Shown here in pieces: positions 12,601 through 24,205 of a stretch of 64,000 nucleotides of DNA; position 1 is the stretch's first letter, and each line of letters begins with the position of its first letter. The notes below the pieces were generated by a model, which was not told where the DNA came from, searched no databases, and saw only the letters and a program-made list of their open reading frames with translations. The translations under genes and the position numbers were made by a program. The DNA comes from Marsupella aquatica (Eukaryota; Plantae; Marchantiophyta), in NCBI GenBank assembly GCA_973895155.1, contig OZ316893.1:6147239-6211238 (forward strand), given 5' to 3'.

Positions 12601-13920
12601 GCCATATGTGCTTCCCGTGGCTGGCAGATCACTCACATGGATGTCGACACGGCTTTTCTAAACAGCAAAGTTCATGAAGATATTTACATGCATCAGCCTC
12701 CTGGACGTCGCATTGCTGGTAAGGAGCATCTTGTATGCCATCTCAACAATTCACTCTACGGCCTTAGACAATCCTCCAAAGCTTGGTACGACACTTTACA
12801 TGCACTATTACAGAAGCTTGGTTGGATTCGTAGCTTACTTGATAACAATCTTTACTATTTTCTTGATGGATCAGACATTACTGTGTTGCTCACTCATGTT
12901 GACGATTTTTTTCTCACTGGGAGCAACGATACTCTTATTAGCTCCCACAAGACTGAACTTCGTAAGCACTTCAGCATGAAGGATCTTGGCCATGTTCAAA
13001 AATATCTAGGGATAGAATTTGATTCTTCTGCTACCGGAATCAAAATGCATCAACACAACTACTGCAATGAAATTCTTCAAGAATTTCATATGGGCTCTTG
13101 TACTCCGGCCCTCACTCCCTTACCGACAGGTACCGTTCTATCTACTGATTCCGCCAGTCCTCCTGTCGACGCTCATCTTTATTGTCGGATGGTAGGGAAA
13201 CTAATTTACCTTACCAACACTCGCCCTGATATATCCTTTGCTGTCAGCCTAGTCAGTCGTTTTATGCAAGATCCACATGAAGATCACATGCAAGCCACCA
13301 AGCACATCTTCAGATATCTTCGACACACTCTCAACTACGGCATTTTTTACAAACGGCATGCTCCACTCACTCTTTCTGCTTATACCGATGCCGACTGGGC
13401 TACCTGCCCTACAACTCGCCGATCTGTTGGGGCATATTTACTTACTCTTGGGGATAGCCCCGTTTCTTGGAACAGCAAACGTCAAGCCACAGTGAGTAAA
13501 TCTTCTACGGAATCAGAATATATGGCTCTATCATCTGGGGCACAAGAAGCTGTATACATCCGCCGACTGCTGCTGGAACTTCAACTCATTCCCCATGTTG
13601 AGGTCACACTCAATTGCAAAGACCATCACATTCTTGATGCTCTTCACTCTTCTCGTCCAACTCTTCACTGTGACAACGAAGGTGCCATCAAGCTTGCACG
13701 AAACCCCGTTTTTCATGCTCGCACCAAACATATCGAAGTCCATCACCACTTCGTTCGGGAACGCGTCCTTGAGGGGGAATTAAACCTCACGTACATCCCA
13801 ACTGATCTTCAACCTGCTGATGTACTCACCAAGGCCTTATCCCGACCTCACTTTGAACGACATCGATCTGCTATTGGAGTTCTGGACTTGAGTTGCATTC
13901 CCGATACTATACCACTTTGA
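9652..13920 (+). CDS. Copia Gag-Pol polyprotein (Gag, zinc knuckle, protease, GAG-pre-integrase, integrase, RT, RNase H), 1422 aa
   Basis: Motifs LNGNNYPLW, CFTCSDPSHVARNC, WIFDSGA, LWHKRLGH, VHSDVWGP, RTDRGGEY, QNGVSERKNR, KARLVAKG, YGLRQS, HVDD, YTDADWA, RTKHIEVHHHFVRE; frame uninterrupted. Confidence 0.97.
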   Translation: MNQDMNFSMSKDEKLNGNNYPLWSYKMKQSFIKEKIWYVVRENLLGVIFDANDPVNPTPAERRTAQNKALYMLTKAVEDKMLARYVRIDDPAFLWAELRRACAGNTTSRRAVLKRKLFSLRFPESATMTTNFSTVNELLNDLAAVDVAFTDEELQGVIIDALPRSWETFGAVLAGRENMPSFSQLENIVREEESRRGARNYAGEEALFVRHVFPPPAPYGRFNNAGGRARGRGGPNFGGRGGRGRFPAPLNNNNRGDNNNRGACFTCSDPSHVARNCPFRGLETELQRLTARMTQMNIGAGRAANLVETNFGPNPNPDVEEYFDAAPENVDTVTADQILEANFTEVIAQPDHPEWIFDSGANTHLTSDKSGLTNFVALAPGSSVATAGGAALDIKGKGTLILDQNKLLNVLYVPRARRSLISVGNLADLGQTICFNSSQCVVLDQENQVSMHGARDPVTRLYTLVPKPPPKLEQLSLPIASCHIATTSSSNAELWHKRLGHIHFQKLAHMSSTHLVVGIPHILPVNTICSTCMVAKQTRERIPKHSLTQTTRPFELVHSDVWGPARVPSLAGSRYVLTFTDDYTRYTWTFFLRFKSEVFSTFKDFCASVQSQFGYQVGCLRTDRGGEYISHDFQQFCSTRGIFRQLTAAYTPHQNGVSERKNRTLIEAARSLCFGAHFPAPLWEEMVRTATYILNRCSTRALYKTTPFQHLHGIKPDVSHFRVIGCSAYIHIPAPLRSKLEPKSLKAIFVGYDENTKGYRCYSPSRRKIIISRNVRFDESELGIFAVAGPEPTSIDFGDLSPFDSIAPPIPDIVPAPDDNTDPDSTLGDHKDTAPPDTVIADPPIAPVEYRRSGRLRSHNSRLLGFYAEPPPLELSACAIETSDPTITDNISLREALTHPDWSGAIDEEMDSIHKTNTWTLMELPPGKRAIPSMWVFKRKPISATHGRLKARLVAKGNYQQHGIDYFETFAPVVKWTTLRTITAICASRGWQITHMDVDTAFLNSKVHEDIYMHQPPGRRIAGKEHLVCHLNNSLYGLRQSSKAWYDTLHALLQKLGWIRSLLDNNLYYFLDGSDITVLLTHVDDFFLTGSNDTLISSHKTELRKHFSMKDLGHVQKYLGIEFDSSATGIKMHQHNYCNEILQEFHMGSCTPALTPLPTGTVLSTDSASPPVDAHLYCRMVGKLIYLTNTRPDISFAVSLVSRFMQDPHEDHMQATKHIFRYLRHTLNYGIFYKRHAPLTLSAYTDADWATCPTTRRSVGAYLLTLGDSPVSWNSKRQATVSKSSTESEYMALSSGAQEAVYIRRLLLELQLIPHVEVTLNCKDHHILDALHSSRPTLHCDNEGAIKLARNPVFHARTKHIEVHHHFVRERVLEGELNLTYIPTDLQPADVLTKALSRPHFERHRSAIGVLDLSCIPDTIPL

Positions 13921-14065
13921 AAGCCAACGCCACATTTCTGTTTAGTTCTTTTGATCTGTCTGTAGCCTGTTTGATCTGCTCCGGTGGACCTATCAAACTC
14001 CGTGTACATCCAAGTGATTTACGTAATCTTGTCACATCCTGTTTACTTTCTCATACACTTAGAGC

Positions 14066-14074
14066 GAGGGAGGG
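14066..14074 (+). promoter_or_regulatory. Polypurine tract of copia-A
   Basis: GAGGGAGGG directly before the 3' LTR. Confidence 0.9.
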
Positions 14075-14373
14075 TGTTGACAGTCACTTTGCTTCATGAT
14101 TCATAGCAAAGTACCATGCGCTTCTAAGTGAGAAGTATGATTGTATCAGGCTGTTCTGCTGTGTCCACTCCCCCGGATATTACGGCTTGTTATCCGCTTG
14201 CTTGCTTTGATGATTAGTAGGGACGTGCCCTGTACGTATCACATTTCACCGTAGATCTATGTTCTACCTCCTAATGGATTAAAATCCATCTGTATCTCTG
14301 GCATGTATTTATGTGGGGGCCCCGCCTCCCCTTTCCCACTCATCACAGGAGATCAATAAACTTGTTCTCTTCA
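14075..14373 (+). repeat. 3' LTR of copia-A
   Basis: Direct repeat of 9131-9429, followed by the TTTAG TSD. Confidence 0.95.
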
Positions 14374-16636
14374 TTTAGTGTTTCCCAAGAATGTATCTAC
14401 CTCCTACTGGAATAGCTTCGATCAATTTTGTAGATACGGGGAAGCTTGAATGAAAGTGACAAAATCGATTTGGATTATACATTCTACTGATTATCAACAA
14501 GAAGTTTTCCAGGAACCAGCTCATAGTATCTAATGTGTCTGATGGTTGAGGTACTGACTTTGGAGACCTAGCCTCTTCTTTCCTCTGACGACAGCACGGG
14601 TTTTAAGGAATGTAGTTTTTTTTTAACAACTTTATGGTATTTAAAGTCCTGTAGATTAAATTCACTCTGAAGAAAGGAATCGGGAAACCATGATTGTACC
14701 TTTCGCGTTTGATAGGACCGTACCAACTACAGTAGAGCTACAATCACGTTGAGTGTAACAAACTGTGTAAAAGTTTGAGAATCTGCGTACCTCACCAACT
14801 AAGCGTCAGCGTTGTGTATAAAATTCGTGGTCCACAACCACTACAGTAGTACGACGTAATATGATTCAGTTTCCCTGCTTCTGTAGGAAAGTGAACTTGT
14901 CCAACTTTGTGCCGGTTCTGGAACGAGTGTACAAGGTGGAGAGTGTGCACGCCAGAGTGTGTGCAGTCAGCGGGGCAGTCAGCGTCTCATAAATATAAGG
15001 GCTGTTAAGGACAGGCTGGTTCAGGAATTTTAAAGGTCTTGAAAGGCATACCGATGTTTACACTTGATATTGTGCAGTACGTATAGAATCATTTGTTGAA
15101 AGATTTCAAATTAATTTTTAAAAGAAGGTTAGATTAATACTTTCAAGTCAGCAAGCTGGCGGGCCAATGTCGCTGAAACGAGATAGCAAACAACTAGAAT
15201 TTGCTCGCTATCAAGTAGAAATTTGCTAGCTCCTGCCGCAATCTCTTAGAGAATTCAGAGAGACTAGGTGGCTCAACTCCCTTGTTTCAGTTCCGGCCAC
15301 AGACCACGTAGGCCCGGCGCCGAGCTCGAACGACAGCATGGAACGGATGATCAAGTCCATGTACGTACTAGCGCAACTCCTTAAGTTTGGGGCCAACTCA
15401 ATGGACGGACAATAGAATGATCTGCCTATGAACTGGAACTGGAACCGGAACAACCAAATAGCTTATTCTGGCGCTTGCTTGTAGGAGACGAGGTAGGAGA
15501 CTTTGATACCTGCTCAATTGGCTTGACATCCGCTGAATTTCATTGGATTGAAAATAAGCAAAAGGCGGCCATGATACGTCACTCTTACCGCTCGATCGAG
15601 AAAATAGGAGTTTTCATAACGTCATTGGCATCTATCGCTGGATTCTGGTCTTCTTCCTGGTAATTCAGGAGGGAAGCTCGCTTACGCATCTGTCTCTAAC
15701 GCTGACTTCTTGTCTTGTCATCATCCTATAGTGTTCCCAGGACAGGCTTGATATATATGCTCCTGGAGAACACATTCAACCACTCACCTGAAACATATAT
15801 GAATGGCTCCTTGTCAAGCTAAAGCCAGATCGTTGAAGACTTCAAGCTTTCCTAAGCTGATTTCTGTGAGTACAGAAAGTAGTTGCAGATAGACAAATTG
15901 CTTCCCACAGTATCAGAAATGGATCTACCTGATCACAGCCGCTAATAGGTCGCGATTTAGGTGCTCGGTCGCCATTCAATTGTTGCCGTCATGACACAGT
16001 TGAGTGGAACCGAATGATTTTGACACAGACCGCGATACACATCTCCACCTTGCAGTATCAAGTGTAACGTCTCTCTCGCTCTCTCAACCTAGCTTTCCTC
16101 AGCAGCAACAACCAATAAGAGAAACGGACTGCGCCCACAGGACACACCATCTGTCCTGTCAAGAGCGCAGTGTCTTTATCTCTCTCTCGTTCTGAATCTA
16201 TGAAACCGAAAACCGAAGCTGTAATAGACCGAGACACGTCCCTTATGAGCCAGTTTACACCTCAAAGAGACCAGGCCCCATCCGCCTCCATGGGTCCTCG
16301 TGGCCTTCTTCATGCAAGCCCTGGGTCATCATTTATTTTCTCCTTACCTATCACGCCCTAATATGTATAGCATTTTTTATCTGGTTTAGTGAAATAATTT
16401 TAAATTTTTGTTGAATACCATTAATGTTATTTTAATCTAATTATAAGAATCATAATTTTTTTAAAGTCAAAGATTGGAATTTTCTATTGAGTTAGGGGTA
16501 AAACAATTACTAAAAAAAACTTTATTGACTCAAGTTTTAAGGTGTTTGTCCCCCCAAAACTTAGCACTTGATATCACCCTTTGGATTGAGGCCCTCGAGA
16601 TGTGTAGGTGTCCATTAGTGAGTGTCAAAACAACAT

Positions 16637-16742
16637 GCTATGAAACCTTGTTATGACCAGGAGGTATGGAGTTTCTATGAAAATGTTTTATGATCGGGAG
16701 GTATGGAGTTGCTATGAAACTGTTTTATGACCGGGTATGGCT
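16637..16742. repeat. Three degenerate ~37-bp tandem repeats
   Basis: CTATGAAA..TGTT(T)TATGA(C/T)C..G..GTATGG occurs three times. Confidence 0.75.
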
Positions 16743-17640
16743 ACCTAAATACAAGTCCCATTAGTGAGTGTCAGAGCACAGTTATACTAAGGTTATGGCT
16801 CAGGACATAAAACATACTTACTGCCAGGATAGAGTAGTTATGGGTGACCAAAATACATACCCCGTAAGTAAGGGTGGTACGTCCAAAAAAATAAATCCGT
16901 AACCAAAGTGTTACGGGAGAACTTTGGCACGCCCTATCATAATCTTCTGTCTAAAACGTTTCAGCCCATAACACTCTCCTTAGGGAAAATATTACTTTGC
17001 TTACTTAGGGAAAAACTTTGACACACCCTATTGCACTTCACACAGGCTCAAGAGCGGGCTCAAGAGGTGTCCATTGCACTAAAGAGGGGCTCAGGCTTTC
17101 ACATCATTTGCAAGGCCATAGGTTTTGAAGTTTAGGGTTTGATTACTCTGCATGACCCTCCTTTGTATGTTCAGTTGGAGCTCTACCAGGCAGGCTTTCT
17201 AGTTTTCCCCCAATTAGTTGTGCTTTCTGTCTTCTCTTTTCATTTGTGCTCTATTCTTTCTTTTGTCGTGGCTGGGATTCTCAGGTTTATGGGGCCTCTT
17301 TTGTCCCCTTGGTGTTGCTTCCATCCCCCCTTTCCCTGGTTGGCTGTGCTATATAATTATGTAAAAATTTGTGAAGGACTCTGAAAAAATGCCAAGTGTA
17401 ATTTTGGCCTATGGAAGCGACTAATTCAATCAACCCTCATAATCTCTTTTGACTACCTAGATAGTCCTTCTAAAATACAGAGTTTGTTAGTTTTGAGTGT
17501 GCCTCATTGATGGTTGGTTCTCTTGCTTTAAGAAATGTGTTACAATTGTCCACTTTAGCAGAAGATGGGTGGATTTTATAAATAAAATATTCCAGGCACA
17601 CATCATCCTCCACCACCATAGATGTCAGGTCGTATTATGA

Positions 17641-17946
17641 TGTTAGGAATTGACTCGAGTTCCTTACTTTAGTTAGTTTGGCCTTACTAGGGTTAGTTAA
17701 GTAACCCTTGGTTACATTAGGATAAGATCCACAGACTTAGATTAGACCCCCACATCTTGGCCCCCTTGGGGAGTATAGGTTGGAGAGAGAACATTCTCTC
17801 CCTCATTTTTCACATGTACTTTCTCATGAACTATCAATGGATCCTTCATGAGTTTCTCTATCGTTGTGTCTTGTTGGTGTAGTGTGAGGTTGAGTGCTCT
17901 CATGTTCTGCAATTATCGTCTAGTCTGGAGCCACCGGTTTATTACA
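17641..17946 (+). mobile_element. Probable solo LTR (~306 bp)
   Basis: Starts TGTTAG and ends TTACA; flanks TATGA/TAAGA (5-bp TSD with one mismatch); no PBS or internal region adjacent. Confidence 0.55.
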
Positions 17947-18435
17947 TAAGATTATTTGGAATCCAATCTTTGGGAGTTTGTCATCGATACTCTGCAAATG
18001 AAGGGTGTCAGTAGGATTACAAAATTTAGGAGATGGAGTAGGTTCTTTGCTTGCATATTTTCAGTGAGCTTGTAAGTTCCTACCAGGTATCACCGGGTAT
18101 GCAACCCCCCTTTTTATAAGGAAATTTCTTAATTTATTATAACGAATTCAAAGAATCCAAAAGTGTAACTTAAAAAAAGCAAAACTTGTAAAAAGCAAAT
18201 TATATGGCTTTTTTTTAATAGAGGGTTCTACAGCCTAAATCTTTAATAAAATTAAAACAAGTTTAGAAATGTTTTCTTATCTCATGTCAAAAAAGAAGAA
18301 AACCAAAGTTTACATATGGCTCAAAAAAATTGAGATATATGCTTGATGGGCCCCCTGGTGAACCTTTCTTACCTGATGGGCCCCTAGGTAACTTTTTTTA
18401 CCAAGTAGGACCCCTCTTAATGACCAGTACACCTG

Positions 18436-19225
18436 TTCTTGTGTGATGCCTACACCTGTCCTTGTGTGGTGCCTACTATGTACAGTGACTCCAAGAAAAC
18501 TGCATAGTTGAACCGTGCGGTCAACTTTACATAGTCGATCGAGAAACCACAGAGATTATTCGGAAGAAACCGCGAAAAGCGACTGTCGATGTTGAAACTA
18601 CGATTTGAAGACAATATACATTATGTCTTCAAATTCACTGGGTTAATGCCTAAAGACACAATGGATTATGTCTTCAGGTTCAAATTTTTACCGTATCGTG
18701 GGGTAGTTATAAGGTATGTTTTTCACGTTGTGCACATGAGTTTTTCACGATGTTTTCATGCACAATTGTCAGCATCAGTGTGGGGTACCTCCAAATGTCC
18801 ACAAAGAATATTCAAGTTCAATGTTCAGAATTTGCCTACTGCCGTCACAACAAAAATTGGCAAATGATTGACTATTGCGCTCAAAAAATGATAATACTCC
18901 CTGTGCAATGCATACAAACAATTTCAAAAGAAGACAGACCCAAAGGTGTCGGGGTACACCCTAAACCCTAAACCTTGAAACACGGGAAGACATAATCCAT
19001 TGAGTCTTCAGGCATTAACCCATTGAATCCGAAGACATAATGCATATTGTCTTCAAATCATAGTTTTGACAGCGGCAGTCGCTTTTTGCGGTTTCTCCGG
19101 AATCATCTCAGTGCTTTCTTGGTCGACCATGCAAGGTTGACCGCACGGTTTAACTGTGCAGTTTGCTTAGAGTCACCATACATAGTAGGCACCACACAAG
19201 GACAGGTGTAGGCATCACACAAGAA
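18436..19225. mobile_element. Non-autonomous foldback/MITE-like element with ~240-bp imperfect inverted arms
   Basis: 18436-18675 (TTCTTGTGTGATGCCTACACCTGTCC...GGATTATGTCTTC) is the imperfect reverse complement of 18987-19225; non-coding ~310-bp spacer; no TSD identified. Confidence 0.75.
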
Positions 19226-19857
19226 TCACTATATTCACTATATTCATTAAAACTAAAATTATAAAGGATAAAGGGAAATTTGGAGATTTAAAAACATAGT
19301 TTTAGGCATGAAAATTGTAAATTTGGAAGATGAAAAATGAAAATTCAAGCATCATTAAATGTAAATTTGGGGACAAAAAATGAAATTTTGGGAAAATTAA
19401 ATATTAAATTGGATGATATTAAAAAACATTTGGGTGACAAAAGTGTTCATTTGCTTGGAAAATAGATAGAATCTAGTAATAACATATAAGCTTGGATAGC
19501 ATCTATATTTAAGACATTTAGCTTGGGTAAGATATCTAACTAAGTAAGCAAGTTTGCCTTAGAATGACTATTAATATTGTCTAGACAAAGTTAACTAGGA
19601 TGATATACAACCTATTAGAAGGAATGATATCAATGGCATCATTTTCTAGAATTAAATTGTACTAAGACAAATAAAATAATAATTATAAGAAAGTCCATTC
19701 AATAACTTAAAGTCCATAATTCAATAACTTTGAGAGATCATAGAATATTAATTTGATTGTCAGACTTGTTCTCTCACTTTAGACAAACTCATGGAAATCA
19801 ACTCAACCCTCTAATCACAAGTCATTTGAGTGGAGACTTGTGACCTGCTGTATCAAT

Positions 19858-22800
19858 CTACTCATCAATACCTTCCATGTAAATTTTGAGAGTTTTCAAA
19901 ACATCCTTGGGAATTGTCAAACCTCTATCCATAATATTTTGTTCTTTAGCACCTGACTTAAACCCATACATTGCAGAATTTGCAAACTGCCAACTTTGAG
20001 CAACATTGTCAAACCCAGGATCCAGCTCCCAAGTCTTAGTGGTCTGAAAGCAACGTTCATATCGAACATCATCCTTTGCATCATGCTTACCATGTTTAGG
20101 CCTCCACCTTTGTACTTGGAACATAGGAGCATTCCTCTTAGGGATGCTTTGAACAGACTTTGACGAAGACCCTTCAATATGTTGAAATTCTGTTGAGGGA
20201 ACCTCATGGTTTGGATCCACGCCACCTAAAACTTGAACCAACCAAAAACGCCCTTTGCCATTTTCCTGTTCCCATTCATCCTCTGGACGTAAAAATATAA
20301 AGTGACCTTCTTGAATATCTTGTAGAGGAATCCAACGTGCAGGTTCTCGCTCTTGTCGTGCACCAACAAAGGGTGCAACTTGATCTTCCATCTCTTCCAT
20401 GTACTCATTTTGAAGGTCCATCATCTCTGGATTTTGAGAAGGTTCACTTGACGGCAAAGATGTCCCCAAAATCATCTTGTAACCTGTGTCATGGTTAGTC
20501 TTTGGCCAAAAATCAGTTGTCAATGGCAATTGTCTTTCCCCCCCCCCCCTTCTATTGTAAGTTTCTCGGACAGTGCTTGCACATTCTCCCAATATTTGAC
20601 CAGAGGAAATCTCTCTCGATATGCTGCAGAGGTCTCATCCTTACAACTTTTCTTCAAAAAATCAATATAGCGATTAAGGAATGGGATGATTTCTCCGGCC
20701 TTCTTTTGTACATCCCCAGATATAGGTTTTGCAAATGGTTGGCCTTCCGGTCAAATGAGCGCATTTGTGATGGGATCAGTTCTCCAAATGGACCTCCCCA
20801 TTGCCAGAAGCCAAGGTTGCTTGACATGTGCTTTATATTGATACACTGGCACATTATCCCTCATGGAGAAAAGAAATGCTACTGGTTTTGAGTGACCTTC
20901 TATCTCTTTCACCTGGAAAGTCTTCAAATACTCCTTGTAAGATGCAACCTCTTGAATCAATCGTGGTACAGGATGAATGCTTTCACACTCCCAAACCTCA
21001 GCCATCAACCCCAAGAGGGTAGCAACCTCTTTGTATCTGACCTGTTTGGATACTTGAGAAAATAATGCATCCACATCTTCATGGGTGTGGCCAACCATGA
21101 GGAATGACATTTGCACAGTTTCAAACACCCCCTGCTAACAAGCTCAGTACAAAATGCCATCACATACTGATTTTTGTTATTTTTCCCTGAATTGTCCATC
21201 TGCAACGTTAGGTGCCTTGGTAAGGGCTTGAAAGAGCCCCTAGTAGTCTCAGGATCACCCTAGAACCAACATCCATTGTGCTTGATTTTTGAGTCTCCTG
21301 ACCATCTTTAATGCCTTGAAATCGAACAATTGAAACATTTTTGCTTACTGAATTTTTTTTATCTATTCGAAGCAGTTAATAACTCAAAATGTCTCTTTTT
21401 CAAGGTGGTGGTTCCAAGTAACCGGACATAAATGCTTCAAAGTCTAGAAGGGACTGAAATATTGGCCTGGTTGCATTCCAATTCAATCCTTCAAGAAGGT
21501 CTCCAGTTTTGTCTCCTGTGTAATCTTCCAAATCTCGAAGGCATTTGGCCAAAGATATCACAGTAAAGTCTGCATCTCCAGGCCAAAGTCCAGTCAAACT
21601 GAAATGTGCATACACTCCAGGATCTCTTCCATGGGTTAACATCCCAGTAAGAGCAATAGGCATAGGCTGACCACTACTAGAGAGGGATTTTGGAGTGGGG
21701 ACCAACCTGGGAATCCAAGTCTTGGCTTGATCCATCTTATCGTGAATAATGCAAAGATAGTTTTGAGGGTCCTTTGCAAGAACCCTATGAGCATAGTAAA
21801 CATATCTTCTTGACATTTGTTCACGAAGATGTCGCGCTCTTTTCTCTTCAATCTCTGTATGCTCTTTTTTTCTCTTCTCCCGCATCAATTGATCTTTGAA
21901 CTCAGTGCAAAATGTGCACTTGGCAAATGCACTTCCCTTGTGAAAGTCAAAATTATCAAATGAGTTTTTCCAGATGTTGTACATAGTAACTTCAGTAACC
22001 TTAGCAAACCCATCTAATTCCATCTTGGTAAACACCTCTTGGAAAATCTCCTTCTTAGTAAAACAAGATGGGAGCCGATATTCAATAGTGTCGGTGCCGT
22101 TGGACCCACCATAGGGAAGATGTGGCATTGGTTCCCCGTTTTGGATTAAAATGGACTCCAACAAGGCGCGAGCGTGCAAAGTGCTTGATCGTGTCTTCCG
22201 TTGTCCCTGATTTCCATGGAAACCAATTGTGCAACCGGCTTCGTATTGATTTTTGTAGTCATAATACTTTGTTGTACTGAACCCATGCATTTTAATAAAT
22301 GCATCTTTACAAACCACACGTCCCTTTAGAAAAAAAATCCCTTTCTCTTGACTTGCTCCTCTCTACACCCAAAGAGACTAAAGATGTGACTTGTTTTGTT
22401 GTCACTTGACATTCCATGGTATTCCCTCCTCATTGCCTCTAAATCCTCCCTAGGCATGTTCAAGCAACACTTCAACTTGCAACAACCTTCTCTTTGGATG
22501 GAATCAATGGACTCCTCGGTAATTTTCAAAAGTGCCCGTGACTCCAAATGCCTTTTCTTCTTCTCCTCAAGATCCACTTTTGTCCTCTTCATGAAATTGT
22601 ATGGTCTTTTTGTAGGTTTACAATCACCATCCGAATCCGGATCGCCCTCAGTTCGACCCAACTTCATCCACTTTGATGAACCTTCCTCAAGGATATCCCC
22701 AAGAAACCTTTGAGACGAAATCAATAGAAGGGATTTGATTTCCCACCTCACCAAGCCGGGGGTACCAACACGGATATTTGGAAATAATTCAGGATCATTG

Positions 22801-23631
22801 ATAGTCACAACAACAACACCCACATGATCTGCACCAAGAAGCTCATCATCAACGACACCTATTTCAAATGGGACAATGATACCACCTGTTGCAACCTTCC
22901 GGCAACGAGAAGCGTCATACAAATCAACCTCCTCTGCCATCCAGTTGGAACGTAGTGTAAAATCTTTTAATGGAAGATCATTGAATATGTTTGCGCTACC
23001 AGACACGCCAGAATCTTGTAGAGTGCCTTTTCTAGAAACATGTGCAACATCCCACATGACCCAGGTATGCAAGGCCTCTTCTATTGTATCAGTTCCAGGG
23101 TGCGAGTATGGCAATTTTTGATTTCCCTTAACAATATCAGATATTCGTATACTGATACGACCAACACCTAGTCTTTCAGTATGACAAATATCCATTGGAT
23201 TTGTCTTGAAAACGACTCCATTTGCAACCAATTGATCAAAATTGAACATCTGAGCTTCATCTCCTTCCTTGAACACCTCCTCTTCAACCCTTGCGTCAGA
23301 TTTGGATTTATCATTTCCAGCATCTCTAGCCAAAGAGAAATCATCGACATTGATTCTTCGACAAAGAGTTGATGACCTCAAGTATGCCAATGCACAATCC
23401 CAAATCACGCAGGAGTCAACTGCCTCAGCCAATATAGAAAATTTTAGTGAAGGAAATGGAAGTTGACGCGATCCCTCAAAGCACTTTTCGATCAATACTC
23501 CAATTTGATTATCCCCCAAACAAATGTTCTGTATAGTATCCTGGGTGTCAAATCTTTTGAACTATCCCAATTGCCACTTCAAATCCTTCAATCACCAATG
23601 AAACTTCATCCCCTCGTGTAAAGTTGATCAT
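19858..23631 (-). pseudogene. Sola-like DDE transposase pseudogene (element S1) with three N-terminal repeats of a CACTA-TnpA-type C-terminal domain
   Basis: Frameshift-split ORFs 22326-23519, 21400-22317, 21005-21205, 20751-21128, 19858-20592. Motifs CCKLKC, VCKDAF, FAKCTFC, IIHDKMDQ, LQMDNSGKNNKN, FLMVGHTHEDVD, C-terminal RFWLVQV. Upstream ATG at 23631 with a frameshift near 23550. Confidence 0.8.
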
Positions 23632-23756
23632 GATGGCGGACTATCTGTATCCAAATCAAGTTAGAAATTGTTAAGTTCTGGATGTTACGATCATGTTTCA
23701 AAATCAGGACTCTCCTCCAAAACATATTGTACAATCACTCAGAAACCCCAAACAAA

Positions 23757-24205
23757 TTCAAGTTGGGTCGAACTTATTCCGACCCTTTGACAACAATATA
23801 TCTTAAAATGATTGAATTGACTAACCATTTACAAGTCGGGTCGGAATTAGTTTGACCCTCCTCCAACAATATGTCTTTAAATGATTTAATTTACTAAACA
23901 TTTACAAGTTGGGTCGGAATTAGTTCGACCCTCCTCCAACAATATGTCTGTAAATGATTTAATTTACTAAACATTTACAAGTTGGGTCGGAATTAGTTTG
24001 ACCCTCCTCCAACAAGATGTCTTTAAATGATTTAATTTACTAAACATTTACAAGTTGGGTCGGCATTAGTTCAACCCTACTCCAACTATTGGGTTGAAAT
24101 TATCTCAAAACTATCCGTAGAACTATCTTGCTTGTGCTTGTATATACCAAATTAAAATGCTAGTCAAGATAACATAGTCAAGTCGGCACGAAATAATTCC
24201 GACCC
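23757..24205. repeat. 73-bp tandem array (5 copies plus 1 degenerate), each with a 21-bp GGGTCG-N9-CGACCC palindrome
   Basis: Palindrome cores start at 23765, 23838, 23911, 23984, 24057 (period 73) and a degenerate one at ~24185. Confidence 0.9.

Larger units (their letters stand above)
9131..14373 (+). mobile_element. Full-length Ty1/copia LTR retrotransposon (copia-A)
   Basis: Two 299-bp TG...CA LTRs, TTTAG TSD (9126-9130 and 14374-14378), tRNA-iMet PBS, PPT, and one gag-pol ORF in copia domain order. Confidence 0.97.

Noticed and set aside
18408-18420. CCCCTC|TTAA as a possible Sola3-type terminus
   Set aside because: No matching TTAA|GAG partner end or TIR found in the window; the termini of S1 and S2 remain unlocated.
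23757-24090. CRISPR-like look of palindromic repeats at regular spacing
   Set aside because: The inter-palindrome sequences are near-identical (tandem repeat, not unique spacers), there are no cas genes, and the context is eukaryotic.
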